From Chloroflexota bacterium (GTDB lineage: Bacteria; Chloroflexota; Anaerolineae; JAAYEA01): a stretch of 64,000 nt of DNA. A program made the position numbers and the translations under genes. This document shows positions 21,517 to 31,581 of the stretch, in pieces; the stretch's first letter is position 1; each line of letters starts with the position of its first letter. The notes under the pieces are model-generated. The model saw only the letters and a program-made list of their open reading frames with translations. It made no database searches and was not told where the DNA came from. The stretch spans positions 5,693 through 69,692 of the forward strand of contig DAITVZ010000002.1 in the NCBI GenBank assembly GCA_036841525.1, given 5' to 3'.

Positions 21517-21550
21517 CCAAGGCCCGGCTCGCCATGGAGCTGGGCCTTGG
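21517..21550 (+). terminator. hairpin after the selenoprotein stop (CCAAGGCCC-N16-GGGCCTTGG), weak U-tract
   Basis: 9-bp inverted repeat 25 nt after the TAG at 21490-21492, followed by TGCTTTCG. Confidence 0.3.
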
Positions 21551-21661
21551 TGCTTTCGCCGCCGGCGCCCATCCTCGCGATGAAAGCGGGCCAGCAACTT
21601 GGGGATTTCCTCTGTGTTCTGTATAATGGATGGTAGCTACAGCGGGGACGCGAGGAGCCAG

Positions 21662-22432
21662 ATGACCGCAACGCCAGTGACCGGGGATGCCCCCCTCACA
21701 ACCCTTCGATATCCACGCAGGAGGATCGTGCGCAGCGTTCTGCGCCGCCTAATACAGGTCGGCTTCTCGCTGCTGACCGACTTTGAGATCAGGGGTCAGG
21801 AGAACCTCCCACGGCAAGGCCCCTTGCTGGTGGTGGCTAATCACTTCGCCTTCGTCGACCCCGCCGCGGTCATCCGCGCCGTGCCCTGGCCCATCGAGTT
21901 CGTGGGCGGCTTTCACATGCCCAACGCCCCTTCCTTCGTGACCTGGATACCCAAGATTTGGGGTTTCCTGCCGGTCTTTCGCGGCGCTTATTCTCGCCAG
22001 GCCCTGCGCGACGCTGAGGCGATCCTGGCCCAGAGGGGCGTGCTTGGGATTTTCCCCGAGGCCGGCAGTTGGGCCTCGGTGCTGCGCCCGGCGCGCCCAG
22101 GCACCGCCTTTCTCGCCGACCGCACCGGCGCGCAGATCCTGCCCATCGGGCTCGACGGCCTCGTCGAGGTTTTCCCCCGCTTGCGGCACGGGCGCCGGTC
22201 CCACGTCACCGTCAATATCGGCAAGCCTTTCGGTCCCCTGGCCGCCGGCGGGCACGGACGCCAGCACCGGGAGCAGCTCGAGGAGATCGGCCACAGCATC
22301 ATGCGACGTATCGCCGAGTTGATCCCTCCGGAGAAGCGCGGCCACTACTCGGACGATGCCGCCATTCGGGCCGCCGCGCAGGGCACCGAAATCTACCCCT
22401 TTGACCAGGCGCCGGACGAGGCCAAACCCTAG
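21662..22432 (+). CDS. lysophospholipid acyltransferase (PlsC/LPLAT family)
   Basis: HX4D motif (ANHFAFVD) and FPEAG block. A near-perfect -10 (TGTATAAT at 21619-21626) and a GAGGAG ribosome-binding site lie upstream. ATG at 21662. Confidence 0.8.
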   Translation: MTATPVTGDAPLTTLRYPRRRIVRSVLRRLIQVGFSLLTDFEIRGQENLPRQGPLLVVANHFAFVDPAAVIRAVPWPIEFVGGFHMPNAPSFVTWIPKIWGFLPVFRGAYSRQALRDAEAILAQRGVLGIFPEAGSWASVLRPARPGTAFLADRTGAQILPIGLDGLVEVFPRLRHGRRSHVTVNIGKPFGPLAAGGHGRQHREQLEEIGHSIMRRIAELIPPEKRGHYSDDAAIRAAAQGTEIYPFDQAPDEAKP

Positions 22433-22477
22433 CCGCGCCCGCTCCGACCCCAGAATACCGTCCCCGAGGAGAGCTAC

Positions 22478-23848
22478 ATGCAGAATCGAGATGTGACGCC
22501 AGCCTCACGCCGCAGCCAGTGGGCCTGGTACTTGTATGACTTTGGCAACTCGGCCTACGCCGCGGTAGTGCTTCTGGCCGTCTATGCCGCCTACTTTCAG
22601 GGCCAGGTCGTGGGAGGCGCCGAGGGTTCCCGGCTCTGGGGCCTGTCCGTCGGCCTCGCCATGCTGGTCGTGGCCCTGTCCTCGCCGATTTTGGGCACCA
22701 TCGCCGACTTTTCCGGCAGCAAGAAGCGCTTCCTCTTTTTCTTCACGGCGGTCTCTTGCGTATTCACCGCGCTCCTCTTCTTCGTGAAGCCCGGCGATGT
22801 CCTCACGGGCATGGTGTTCTTCATTGTGGCGGAGGTCGGCTATCGCAGCGCGCAGGTCTTCTATAACGCCCTGCTCCCCGAGATCGCCACGCCTGAAGAG
22901 CTGGGGCGCGTCTCCGGCAACGGCTGGGCCATCGGCTCGGCAGGCGGCATCGTCTGCCTGCTCATCATCCTACCCCTGATCATGCTGGTCAAGGGCACGG
23001 TGATCGTGCGGGTCTCTTTCCTGATCACCGCCATCTTTTTCGCGGCATCGACCATCCCCATATGGCTTTGGCTCAAGGAAAAGGCCGAGCCGCAGCCTTT
23101 GCCCCAGGGAGAGACCTACCTCAGCATCGGCTGGAAGCGGCTCGTGCGTACCTTCCGGGCTGTGACGCGCTATCGCGAGTTCGTCAAGTTCATGGTGGCT
23201 TTCCTGGTCTACAACGACGGCATCATCATGGCCCTGGACTTTGCCGCCATCCTCGGCGCCGTGCTCTATGGGCTGAACCAGCAGCAGCTTATCATCATGA
23301 TGATCATCGTCCAGTTCACCAGCGTCGCGGGCGCCTGGCTCTTTGGCCTGCTGGCTGAGCGCCTCAGCTTTAAGCGCGCGCTGGTCGCTGCCCTGATCGT
23401 GATGCTGGGCTCCATCGTCTGGATGTTCCTCAACAGATCGGCCATCGCCTTCTTCGCCGTCGCGGCGCTGGCAGGGTTCGCCCTCACTGGGGTCCAGTCG
23501 CTCAGCCGCGCCATGGCGGGCATCTTTGCCCCCGCAGGTCGCAGCGCCGAGTTCTATGGTTTCTTTGCGACCTCAGGGCGCACCTCGTCCTTCATCGGCC
23601 CCACCATCTATGGTTGGATCGCCCTCGCCGCCGCGCGCTGGTACGAGGGTCAGGGCCAGGTCCTCCTGGCGGCTGAGCAGTCCGGCCATCGGGTAGCCAT
23701 CCTTTCCATCGGGCTCTTCCTCATCGTGGGCCTGGTGTTGCTCACCTTTGTCGATCCGGCCAAGGGCCTCGCCGCAGCCGCCCTCCCCGAACCAGGCCAA
23801 ACCAGCGACACTGCGCCGGTGGGATCCAAGGTCGGCCTCTCCGGCTGA
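22478..23848 (+). CDS. MFS transporter (UMF1/Atg22-like subfamily)
   Basis: N-terminal WAWYLYDFGNSAYAAVV signature and 12 hydrophobic spans. Confidence 0.8.
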   Translation: MQNRDVTPASRRSQWAWYLYDFGNSAYAAVVLLAVYAAYFQGQVVGGAEGSRLWGLSVGLAMLVVALSSPILGTIADFSGSKKRFLFFFTAVSCVFTALLFFVKPGDVLTGMVFFIVAEVGYRSAQVFYNALLPEIATPEELGRVSGNGWAIGSAGGIVCLLIILPLIMLVKGTVIVRVSFLITAIFFAASTIPIWLWLKEKAEPQPLPQGETYLSIGWKRLVRTFRAVTRYREFVKFMVAFLVYNDGIIMALDFAAILGAVLYGLNQQQLIIMMIIVQFTSVAGAWLFGLLAERLSFKRALVAALIVMLGSIVWMFLNRSAIAFFAVAALAGFALTGVQSLSRAMAGIFAPAGRSAEFYGFFATSGRTSSFIGPTIYGWIALAAARWYEGQGQVLLAAEQSGHRVAILSIGLFLIVGLVLLTFVDPAKGLAAAALPEPGQTSDTAPVGSKVGLSG

Positions 23849-23853
23849 CGCAA

Positions 23854-23889
23854 CATGGCCTCCCGAGCAGATCCGCTCGGGAGGCCATG
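23854..23889. terminator. bidirectional hairpin terminator (15-bp perfect stem CATGGCCTCCCGAGC / GCTCGGGAGGCCATG, loop AGATCC)
   Basis: Perfect 15-bp inverted repeat 6 nt after the MFS stop, between convergent genes. No strong T-tract. Confidence 0.55.
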
Positions 23890-23914
23890 GCTTGTCCTCG
23901 GCGCAACGGCCGGC

Positions 23915-25006
23915 TCAGGTGTACCGGCCAAACTCGTGATAGGCCGTCAGCAGCGCCGCGATGTTCTCCGGCGGCGTGTCCGCCTGGATATTGTGCGCTG
24001 TGCCCAGGATATAGCCGCCTCCCGGCGCCAGCGCGGCGATGCGTTCCTGCACCTCCCATGCGACCTGCTCCGGCGTGCCAAAAGGCAGCGTCCGCTGAAT
24101 CGAGATTCCGCCATGGAATCCCAGGCGCTGACCATACTCGGCCTTGAGCGCCCTGTGATCCATGCCGGCCGCCTCGGGTTGCAGCGACTGGAGCACGTCC
24201 AGCCCCCGCTCGATCAGCAACGGCACCAGCGCTCGCACCGAGCCGCAGGTGTGATGCATGACGCTGACCCCGTGGCGCCTGGCAATGGCGCAATAGTCGG
24301 CAAAGCCCCTCCCCAGGAACTCCGCCCACATTCTGGGCGAGACCAGCGGGCCCGCTTGCGAGCCAAAGTCGTCGCCCGTGAGCAAGATATCCAACTGGCC
24401 GCGCGCGGCAGTAAGGATCCGCTCCTCATACTCGCCGTAGAACTGGCTGATCCGGCCCAAAACCGCGTGGGCCATTTCGGGCCGCTCCACCATATCCATC
24501 AGGATGCGCTCGACCCCGCGCAGGTACATGGCGGGCTTGAGCTGAGCGACCCGATTGAGCCGGTCGCCCATAAACACCGCGGCGCGCCCGGCTCGGTGAA
24601 CCGCTTCGCACTGCGCCGCGATCGCGCTATAGTCGAACCAGTCCGCCGACGGCCAACCGGCGTAAGCCTCCACTTCGGCGACGCTATCGGCGGCGGCCAG
24701 CGGGGACTCGGCCACCTCCATGTACTGCTCCAGGCCATGCGCCACCTGCACGCTCACTGGCCGGCGCAGCACCCCCCAGATGTCCCGGTCGCAGCCATCG
24801 GCTCGCCGCTCCAACGCCGGACCGATGTAGCCAGGCCCTTCGATGTACCGCAGGTCCACATCATGCTCATCCAGGAATTCGGCATAGGTCCGGCCGGTAG
24901 CGCGCTCGATGCTACGGATGCACCCGCTGGACGCCCAAAAGTCGATGGGTACCCGGTCAGGCTCCCTGTGTTGTAGCGCCAGCTTGACCCTCGTGCGAGA
25001 ATCCAT
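23915..25006 (-). CDS. URO-D superfamily protein (MtaA/CmuA-like)
   Basis: N-terminal RVKLALQHREPDRVPIDFW, LVSPRMWAEF and HTCGSVRALVPLLIERGLDVLQSLQ blocks. The start is placed at MDSRT..., 54 nt inside the tool ORF. Confidence 0.8.
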   Translation of the reverse strand: MDSRTRVKLALQHREPDRVPIDFWASSGCIRSIERATGRTYAEFLDEHDVDLRYIEGPGYIGPALERRADGCDRDIWGVLRRPVSVQVAHGLEQYMEVAESPLAAADSVAEVEAYAGWPSADWFDYSAIAAQCEAVHRAGRAAVFMGDRLNRVAQLKPAMYLRGVERILMDMVERPEMAHAVLGRISQFYGEYEERILTAARGQLDILLTGDDFGSQAGPLVSPRMWAEFLGRGFADYCAIARRHGVSVMHHTCGSVRALVPLLIERGLDVLQSLQPEAAGMDHRALKAEYGQRLGFHGGISIQRTLPFGTPEQVAWEVQERIAALAPGGGYILGTAHNIQADTPPENIAALLTAYHEFGRYT

Positions 25007-25060
25007 GACGACCGCTCGGCCTCCCCTCTTTTCCGCGCCCGCGAGCGCGCCCCCAACCAA

Positions 25061-26350
25061 CTACTCGCGCCTGCGGCCTTGCCCGATCTCGGCGCCCTGC
25101 TCGATCAGCGTCCGCTGCAATGCCTTGATGTCCACCTGCTTGGGCTCCACTCCCGCCCTGGCGCAGAGCGCCGCTGAGGTACCTGCCGCTTGCCCCAGAC
25201 ACATACACGGCCCGATGGAGCGCCACGACTCGAAAGCTGGCTGATCGCTAGACATGCACCGCCCCGCCACCAACATCCCGTCCACGTCCTTGGGCAACAT
25301 GCAGCGATAGGGGATCTCGTAGCCCTCGTGTTCGAGGAAGCGCCGATACCCATAGTAGTGAATGATCGGCTTGGAGGCCATGGCCATGCTGTCCTCGAAG
25401 CGCGCCCCGCCCAACACGTCTTCCGCGGTGATCTTGTACAGCCCCTCGATGAAGCGGGTCTGGCGGATCCCCAGCATCGGCCCCGTCTCGACGATCTCGG
25501 CATCGGCTAACTGCGGGTCGTGCGCCTTGCGCGCTTTCAGGTCTTCATAGACGGCCAGCCTGGTGCGTATCTCTGCATCCGTCAGCTCCCGCGCATCGAC
25601 GGCGTTGATCGGCCCCGCCTTGGGCCCCCAGAGGCATGGCGCCGAATAGACCCCCGCACCGTGCACGTGGTGCTCGTTCGGGAGCCCCGCCACCTTGTAG
25701 ATCAGGATATCGATCAGCCGCGGCGCCTCGTCATGGACCGTCTGCCAGTACGCTGCTCCAGCCCTAATCGCCACGTCTCCGTCGCCGCTGGCGTCGATGA
25801 TTACCTTCGCGTAGGCCGCCTGCCGCCCGGACTTGTTCTCCCAGATCACGCCAACCACGCGCCGCCCCTCGCGGATGACGTCGCAAAAGTACGTGTGGAA
25901 CAGGACCTCAGCGCCCGCCTCGGTGACCATCTTGAGCATGACATACTTGAGTTTCTCCGTGTCCACGCCATAGCTGAAGGACAGCTGGCCCGGCGCCGTC
26001 GGATAAACCTTCTGCTTGTTATGCGTGGTGATGCCCAGCCCGCCCAGCTCTTTCAGGCGCAGGATCACCTCTTCGCCGATGCCTCGGGTCGTCTGCAGGC
26101 CGTCCGGCTCGCGCTCATTCCGGAACCCGTTGATCTGCGGCATGATGGCAGCCGTGGCCGTGCCGCCAAAGAAGGGAAAGCGCTCGATGATCAGCGTCTT
26201 GGCCCCGTTTCGCGCGGCGGCCACCGCCGCCGCGAATCCCGCCGCCCCGCCTCCGACGATGATGACATCGTATTCGCCATAGACCGGCAGCTCTTTGGCG
26301 GGCTCCACATAGGTGCGTCCAGTGCTCACTCGTCCTCCTGACTCGATCAT
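25061..26350 (-). CDS. FAD-dependent oxidoreductase (PF12831-like)
   Basis: N-terminal dinucleotide-binding motif DVIIVGGGAAGFAAAVAAARNG and a GD motif (IDASGDGDVA). About 430 aa. Confidence 0.8.
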   Translation of the reverse strand: MIESGGRVSTGRTYVEPAKELPVYGEYDVIIVGGGAAGFAAAVAAARNGAKTLIIERFPFFGGTATAAIMPQINGFRNEREPDGLQTTRGIGEEVILRLKELGGLGITTHNKQKVYPTAPGQLSFSYGVDTEKLKYVMLKMVTEAGAEVLFHTYFCDVIREGRRVVGVIWENKSGRQAAYAKVIIDASGDGDVAIRAGAAYWQTVHDEAPRLIDILIYKVAGLPNEHHVHGAGVYSAPCLWGPKAGPINAVDARELTDAEIRTRLAVYEDLKARKAHDPQLADAEIVETGPMLGIRQTRFIEGLYKITAEDVLGGARFEDSMAMASKPIIHYYGYRRFLEHEGYEIPYRCMLPKDVDGMLVAGRCMSSDQPAFESWRSIGPCMCLGQAAGTSAALCARAGVEPKQVDIKALQRTLIEQGAEIGQGRRRE

Positions 26351-26366
26351 TCTACCCCGCTCGGCT

Positions 26367-26804
26367 CTAGTCCAAATGCTTCTCTAGAAGCAGCGCCTCG
26401 TCCTCAAACCCATGTCTTCTGTAGAAGGCGATGGCGCGCGCGTTATCGGGCATGGTGCTCACCGAGACCTCCGCGCAACCCAGCGCCGCCGCGCGCCGCA
26501 CGAGCTCGTCCATCAAGGCGCCGCCTATTCCCCGGCCCCGCGCTCCCTCTCGCACCACCAGCTCCTCGATCAGGACCGAGCTGCCGGCATGATAGAGCCC
26601 CGGGCGGCAGGAGTAGCTCAGCATGCCGACGGGCCGCGCACCCTCTTGGGCGATCAGCACGGCGCTCCCAGGAAACCCGAGGTATGACCCCACATACTCG
26701 GCCGTGACGGGGCTCTCCTCCCCCTCACCGCGGGCCAACTCGCGCACCAGGTCCGCGATCGTCTCGGCATCGCCAGGCTCCGCTTGGCGGATCACGCACG
26801 CCAT
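26367..26804 (-). CDS. GNAT family N-acetyltransferase
   Basis: Acetyl-CoA binding motif RGRGIGGALMDELVRRA (Q/RxxGxG/A) in a 145-aa protein. Confidence 0.85.
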   Translation of the reverse strand: MACVIRQAEPGDAETIADLVRELARGEGEESPVTAEYVGSYLGFPGSAVLIAQEGARPVGMLSYSCRPGLYHAGSSVLIEELVVREGARGRGIGGALMDELVRRAAALGCAEVSVSTMPDNARAIAFYRRHGFEDEALLLEKHLD

Positions 26805-26825
26805 CCTCTTTCCCCTTCCCTTATG

Positions 26826-28040
26826 TCAATCCTGTGACGTGCCATGCTGGTACACCGCACCGCTTGTGATCAGCGCGGCGACCCGCTCAGGCGCATAGCC
26901 CAGCAGGTCCGTCAGCACCTGGGTCGTGTGCTCCCCCAGAAGCGGGGCGTGCTCGCGCACCTCGCCCGGCGTCTCGGACATGTGAAATGATGACCCCGCA
27001 ATCTTGAGCCGGCCGATATCGGGCTGGTCGAGATCAACCACCATCTTGCGATGGTTGACGTTCGGGTCATGGACCACCTGGTCGATGGTGTTGATCTGCG
27101 AGCACGGCAACTCGTGCCGGGCCAGGATGCTCAACCATTCGCCAGTCGCCTTGGTCGCCATGACCTCTTCCAGGATCGGCAACAGCTCGTCGGCATGCTC
27201 CACCCGCGACGGGTTGGTTTGGAAGCGCGGGAGCGCTGCCAAATCAGGGCGCTCGATGGCCTGGCAGTAGCGGACCCACAGCTCGTCGTTGCCGATAGGC
27301 ACCGACAGCCAGCCGTCCGCCGTTCGGAAGACCTGGAACGGCACGATGGTGGGGTGGCGCGTCCCCAGCGCATGCGGAATCTGCCCGGACACCGTGTATC
27401 GCACAATGGCATTCTCGAGCATATAGATCAGCGAGTCCACCATGGCGATGTCCACGCGCTGCCCCTGCCCGGTCCGCTCGCGGTGCCAGAGCGCCGCGAG
27501 GATGGCGATAGCGCAGTGGTGGCCCGCCATCACATCCCCGATCGAGCTGCCGACCCGCACCGGCGGGCCGCCCTCCGTCCCGGTGATGCTCATCAGGCCG
27601 CTGAACGCCTGGGCCACGAGGTCGTAGGCTGGCCGGTTGGCGTATTCGGGGAGCGCGTCATTGCCGAACCCCGAGATGGAGGCATAGATGATCCGCGGGT
27701 TGATGGCGTGAGCCCGCTCGTATGAGAACCCTAACCGCTCCATGGTGCCCACCCGAAAGTTCTCCAGAAGCACATCAGAGACCGCGATGAGGTCGTGAAC
27801 GATCTCTCGCGCTTCGGGCTTTTTGAGGTCCAGCACGATCCCCTTCTTGTTGCGGTTGATGCTCACATAATACGCGCTCTTGCCGTCGACAAAGGGACCA
27901 AACGTCCTCGAGTCATCCCCCCACGGCGGCTCAACGTGGATAATCTCGGCCCCTAGGTCTCCCAAGATCATAGAGGTCGTCGGAGCCGCCAGAATCCGCC
28001 CCAGGTCGAGCACCCGCACGTTCTCCAGCGCCTTCGGCAT
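26826..28040 (-). CDS. CoA-transferase family III (CaiB/BaiF-type)
   Basis: N-terminal LENVRVLDLGRILAAPTTSMILGDLGAEIIHVEPP signature of family III CoA-transferases. Start at MPKALE..., 123 nt inside the tool ORF. Confidence 0.85.
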   Translation of the reverse strand: MPKALENVRVLDLGRILAAPTTSMILGDLGAEIIHVEPPWGDDSRTFGPFVDGKSAYYVSINRNKKGIVLDLKKPEAREIVHDLIAVSDVLLENFRVGTMERLGFSYERAHAINPRIIYASISGFGNDALPEYANRPAYDLVAQAFSGLMSITGTEGGPPVRVGSSIGDVMAGHHCAIAILAALWHRERTGQGQRVDIAMVDSLIYMLENAIVRYTVSGQIPHALGTRHPTIVPFQVFRTADGWLSVPIGNDELWVRYCQAIERPDLAALPRFQTNPSRVEHADELLPILEEVMATKATGEWLSILARHELPCSQINTIDQVVHDPNVNHRKMVVDLDQPDIGRLKIAGSSFHMSETPGEVREHAPLLGEHTTQVLTDLLGYAPERVAALITSGAVYQHGTSQD

Positions 28041-28093
28041 TGCTCCCTCCCCTAACTCGGTTGGCCTGCAGTATACGGCAGAGGGCGGCATTC

Positions 28094-28133
28094 CGCAACA
28101 AAGGGGCCTCCTGAAGTGATCAGGAGGCCCCTT
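28094..28133 (-). terminator. intrinsic terminator on the minus strand after the isomerase gene (14-bp stem AAGGGGCCTCCTGA / TCAGGAGGCCCCTT plus U-tract)
   Basis: Perfect 14-bp inverted repeat at 28101-28133. On the minus transcript it is followed by UUUGUUG (complement of 28094-28100). Confidence 0.55.
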
Positions 28134-28163
28134 CGGAAGGAGACTAGCGCGTTCCCGGCTCAA

Positions 28164-28937
28164 CTAGCTAAACCGGCTCCGCAAGCCCGCCAGGGCCTGT
28201 TCCGCAGCAGAGAGGGGGTCCAGGCCGGGGCCAAAGAGGTCCACCACGTAAGGGCCGCCATAGCCGATAGCGTCCAGCGCCTGCCTCACCGCCGCCCAGT
28301 CGATATCGCCGTCGCCAAAGAGCAGGTGCCGATGCACCCGCCCCTTGATGTCCTCCAGGTGCAGGTGAACGATATCGGACCCAAGAGCCCTGATGGTAGA
28401 GCAGAGGTCGGCGTCGGTGATCTGGGCGTGCCCGATATCCAGGTTGACCTTCAGGCACGGCGACCCAACCAGCCGCATCATCTCCGCCATCTCCTGGCTG
28501 CTTCCCACCACCAACAGCGGCTCGGGCTCCAGGGCGATGGTGACATCCGCCCGCTCCGCCAGCGCGCAGAGGGCCTTGAAGCGCTCCACATGTTCAGCCC
28601 ACTGACGGGCCTGGTCGACGCTCTTTTCCGCGTTGAGCACCACTATCCCAGCGCCGAGCCAGCGCGCAACCTGCACCGCCCGCTTCTGGTTCTCCCGCCG
28701 CCGGTCGGGCGGCTCGCTATCGCCATGGTAGCTCACGGACGCCAGTCCGATGCCCAGGCGATCGAGGGTCCGGCGCAGCTCCCGGCAGCGCGCCTCGTAC
28801 AAGAGCTCGGGGCGAACATCGTCGCGCTCCAGGCAGAGCTCCACGCAGCCGTAGCCCAGCCGGAACAGCTCCTGCGCAGTGCGCTCCACCGGCCAATCGC
28901 CAAAACTGCCAGTGCGGTACCCGAATCGTTCAGTCAT
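28164..28937 (-). CDS. sugar phosphate isomerase/epimerase (xylose isomerase-like TIM barrel)
   Basis: AP-endonuclease-2/xylose-isomerase-like TIM-barrel blocks (GYGCVEL..., ALEPEP, NLDIGHAQI, HLHLEDI). Start at MTERFGY, 258 nt inside the tool ORF. Confidence 0.75.
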   Translation of the reverse strand: MTERFGYRTGSFGDWPVERTAQELFRLGYGCVELCLERDDVRPELLYEARCRELRRTLDRLGIGLASVSYHGDSEPPDRRRENQKRAVQVARWLGAGIVVLNAEKSVDQARQWAEHVERFKALCALAERADVTIALEPEPLLVVGSSQEMAEMMRLVGSPCLKVNLDIGHAQITDADLCSTIRALGSDIVHLHLEDIKGRVHRHLLFGDGDIDWAAVRQALDAIGYGGPYVVDLFGPGLDPLSAAEQALAGLRSRFS

Positions 28938-28944
28938 CAGCGTG

Positions 28945-30234
28945 TCATCCTTCCCCTGCAATCGTCGGCGCGCCAGCTTGGCGGCTCGTGTCGACGCTTG
29001 CGGCATCCTTGAGCGCCATATAGGCATATAGGGTGGTCCACTTGTTCGGCTCTCCCACCTTCCCCGACTTGACCCAGACAGCCGAATGCTGCTCCTCCAG
29101 CGGATAGCGACCCTCTGCGTCCCGCTTGCTGGCCAGGCGCTCCCAGGCGTCCGCCAAGGCAGGGTGCTTGCCGTATCCCATGCGGCTAAGTGCATGCAGC
29201 GGCTCCAGCAAGTTGCCCCAGAAGAGAAAAGGGAACTGCAACCGCACCAACTCGTCTCGAATCAACTGGTCAGGTGGGCTCATGCGGTACAGAACTCGGC
29301 GCCTCAGAAAGTACTCCACGACCTGCTGGCATCGCCGCGTACCCCACAACTCGGGCAGAGCGGCGAAACAGCTCAGCGCCTTGGTTGACCCTCGGATGCA
29401 GCTCTTGGTGCGAGGGCTGAACGAGTCACGGTCGCAGAGATACCCCCCGTCCCAGCGCGTGTCGCTCAGCAGAACCTGAACGCGCTCCTCGATCCGGGGG
29501 TCGTCTCGGTAGCCGAGCATCACAAAGCTGCGCAGGTTATAGGCGTAGAGACAGGACTGGTGATTGCGATAGTCGGGCGGATGTTCCCAGCGAGGACGGT
29601 CCTGGGCCACGGGCGGCAGCGTCAGGTAACGGTCCACCGCGCGCGCAATGCGCTCGTCGCTCCGATCCATGCCCAGCTCCGCCAGATAGCCAAGCGTCAA
29701 GTGCGTCGAATTGGGCCAGCGATAGTCTACGCCCGCGCCCTTGCCCTGGTAGAGCCAGTACCCATCGGGGTGCATCTTGGCGAACAACTTGCGCACCGGT
29801 TCGCTCGCAGGGATCTGCGCCTTGGCGGCCAATACCTCGGGATCGTTTTGCAGCCGATCGAGCAGCTCGCGCAACGCTCGGTAGCGCACGGAAGGCTCGC
29901 TCTCCTCCAGCAACCAGGCCAGGACCGTATCCGGGATCATCACATCCAGCCTCCTCGCCTGGCCGCCGTGCAATTGCCTCAGGCGCTCCAGCGCCCGCCC
30001 ATAGCTGGCGTTCTGCTCGCTCCATCCCACCAGCCTGACACAGGGGAACTCGGCGCACTCGTGGCAGTGGCCTAACCCCCTTTGGTCCACGCAGCATTGC
30101 AGGATCCAGCAGTCTGCGGACCAGTGCTTTGCCCGGTCGCCATGGCAGCCCTGGCACACCATGTTGCGCGCCACGGCCTCGGCTACCCCCTCGCCCTCTT
30201 TCAACCAACCCATCTGTTGGAACGACGCAATCAC
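28945..30234 (-). CDS. DUF3795-like Cys-rich zinc-ribbon domain fused to an alpha/alpha-toroid (prenyltransferase/squalene-oxidase-repeat-like) domain
   Basis: N-terminus CQGCHGDRAKHW...CWILQCCVDQRGLGHCHECAEFPC matches the DUF3795 cysteine pattern. The remainder is paralogous to the 32222-33247 product (shared blocks WLLxxxxPxVRY, GYWxxxG, KWxT near the C-terminus). Confidence 0.6.
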   Translation of the reverse strand: MIASFQQMGWLKEGEGVAEAVARNMVCQGCHGDRAKHWSADCWILQCCVDQRGLGHCHECAEFPCVRLVGWSEQNASYGRALERLRQLHGGQARRLDVMIPDTVLAWLLEESEPSVRYRALRELLDRLQNDPEVLAAKAQIPASEPVRKLFAKMHPDGYWLYQGKGAGVDYRWPNSTHLTLGYLAELGMDRSDERIARAVDRYLTLPPVAQDRPRWEHPPDYRNHQSCLYAYNLRSFVMLGYRDDPRIEERVQVLLSDTRWDGGYLCDRDSFSPRTKSCIRGSTKALSCFAALPELWGTRRCQQVVEYFLRRRVLYRMSPPDQLIRDELVRLQFPFLFWGNLLEPLHALSRMGYGKHPALADAWERLASKRDAEGRYPLEEQHSAVWVKSGKVGEPNKWTTLYAYMALKDAASVDTSRQAGAPTIAGEG

Positions 30235-30266
30235 TGTGACGCCCTCCCGGCATGCAAGCAGCCCGA

Positions 30267-31436
30267 CTACCTATAGAAGCTCAACGCTCTCTCGATGTGC
30301 TCAGCCGCCTCGGCGTCCTTGTCTCGCGCCCGCACGATCAGCGCCGCGATCTTGCGCCGGACCTCCGGCCTGGCCAGGTTACGTACCCGGTCCTCGCTCC
30401 GCCCGATCCCGCCCACGGCATCCCAGATCTGCCACATCAGGTCGTGCTCGCCAGCATAGCACGCCGCCGCCCGCAGCAGGTCCTCCGCCATCCCATAGGG
30501 CAGGTGCTCGATCGCCTCCATCAGAAACTGCCCGCCGTACCAGCGGCCCTCGGCCACCACCCCTACCGCCGAGTCGTGGACATTGAACCGCTGCCACAGC
30601 GCCGCCATGTCCTCGGTCGCAAACTCGCTGTCGCGCTCCAGGTGCTCTGCCCAGGCCGTGTAGGCTGCCAAGCCATTATGCCGGACGGCATGGTCGTACC
30701 GGGTCACCAGCGGCGTACGCGCCACCTGGAGGGCCCACTGCAGTGCGTCGCGGTATAGCTCCTTCAGCGGCGGACACGGCTGCTTCTCGCCAACAATGAT
30801 CGGCGACTGGGTGTCCTTGAACCAGTCGCGCTTGCGGAACTCGCCGGTCGGCTCGTACTCGAGGCCGGCGTTGAAGGGAGGCATCTGCTGGAAGCAGTTC
30901 CAGCCGATGAGCACGTCGCCGTCCTCGTCATACCCGGTGACCACGCAGCACTCGGGCGGGCCGATGACGCCAAAAGCTAACGCCGGCACGCCCCGGCGGA
31001 TGCTCTCCCCGATCCGTTGTCGCCAGGCCGCCTCGTTATCCGCCCCCTCGACGGGCTGCAGGACCTCGAAGCCGTAGCCGACGCTCCGAAATGCTCGCGC
31101 AAAGGGAGCCATCGGATCGTCGGACATGTACATGATCTCCACGTTGTCCTCGTGCCAGCCAGGCCGCCACGAGAGCTGAAAGGCGCAGCCCGTCACGCCC
31201 ATCAGGTACGAGTAGGTGCAGTGTACCCGGCAGGGCTCCCGCCCCTTGGCGTGCTTGCAGCCCCAGTCGGGCTCGCCCAGGTACTCGAGAACCGCCCGCA
31301 TGCTTGACGGGAAACAGACGTCCTCAGGGCACCGCGCCTTGTCCCGCTGTTGGGTCTGGTCATAGAAGCCCACAAAGGGCACGCCCTCCAGCACGACCCG
31401 CGAGGGTGTCAGCTTGGCCAGATTCTCCCCAGTCAT
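30267..31436 (-). CDS. Cys-rich hypothetical protein, possible papain-like (C39/BtrH_N-like) fold with a helical C-terminal domain
   Basis: Q-x6-C...DVCFPSSMRAVLEYLG resembles the Gln-oxyanion/Cys-nucleophile region of C39/BtrH_N-type papain-like domains, and further Cys residues are present (a likely partner-histidine region was not identified). Start at MTGENLAKL, 216 nt inside the tool ORF, with a GGAAAGGGGGA ribosome-binding site. Confidence 0.5.
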   Translation of the reverse strand: MTGENLAKLTPSRVVLEGVPFVGFYDQTQQRDKARCPEDVCFPSSMRAVLEYLGEPDWGCKHAKGREPCRVHCTYSYLMGVTGCAFQLSWRPGWHEDNVEIMYMSDDPMAPFARAFRSVGYGFEVLQPVEGADNEAAWRQRIGESIRRGVPALAFGVIGPPECCVVTGYDEDGDVLIGWNCFQQMPPFNAGLEYEPTGEFRKRDWFKDTQSPIIVGEKQPCPPLKELYRDALQWALQVARTPLVTRYDHAVRHNGLAAYTAWAEHLERDSEFATEDMAALWQRFNVHDSAVGVVAEGRWYGGQFLMEAIEHLPYGMAEDLLRAAACYAGEHDLMWQIWDAVGGIGRSEDRVRNLARPEVRRKIAALIVRARDKDAEAAEHIERALSFYR

Positions 31437-31481
31437 AGTGTCCCCCTTTCCTGTGGCGCTGGTTAACCGACCCACAGACAC

Positions 31482-31510
31482 ATCATAGCACACATGTTCG
31501 CATCTGTCAA
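31482..31510 (-). promoter_or_regulatory. sigma70-like promoter on the minus strand for the Cys-rich gene (TTGACA-17 nt-TATGAT)
   Basis: The reverse complement of 31482-31510 reads TTGACA gatgcgaacatgtgtgc TATGAT. It lies about 45 nt upstream of the ATG at 31436. Confidence 0.55.
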
Positions 31511-31581
31511 GGTGGCTTTTGTGGGCCGGGGAGCGGGCCGATCCCAGGCCGCTGCGCGGCTGCGAGGCAGGGGGCTCCAAC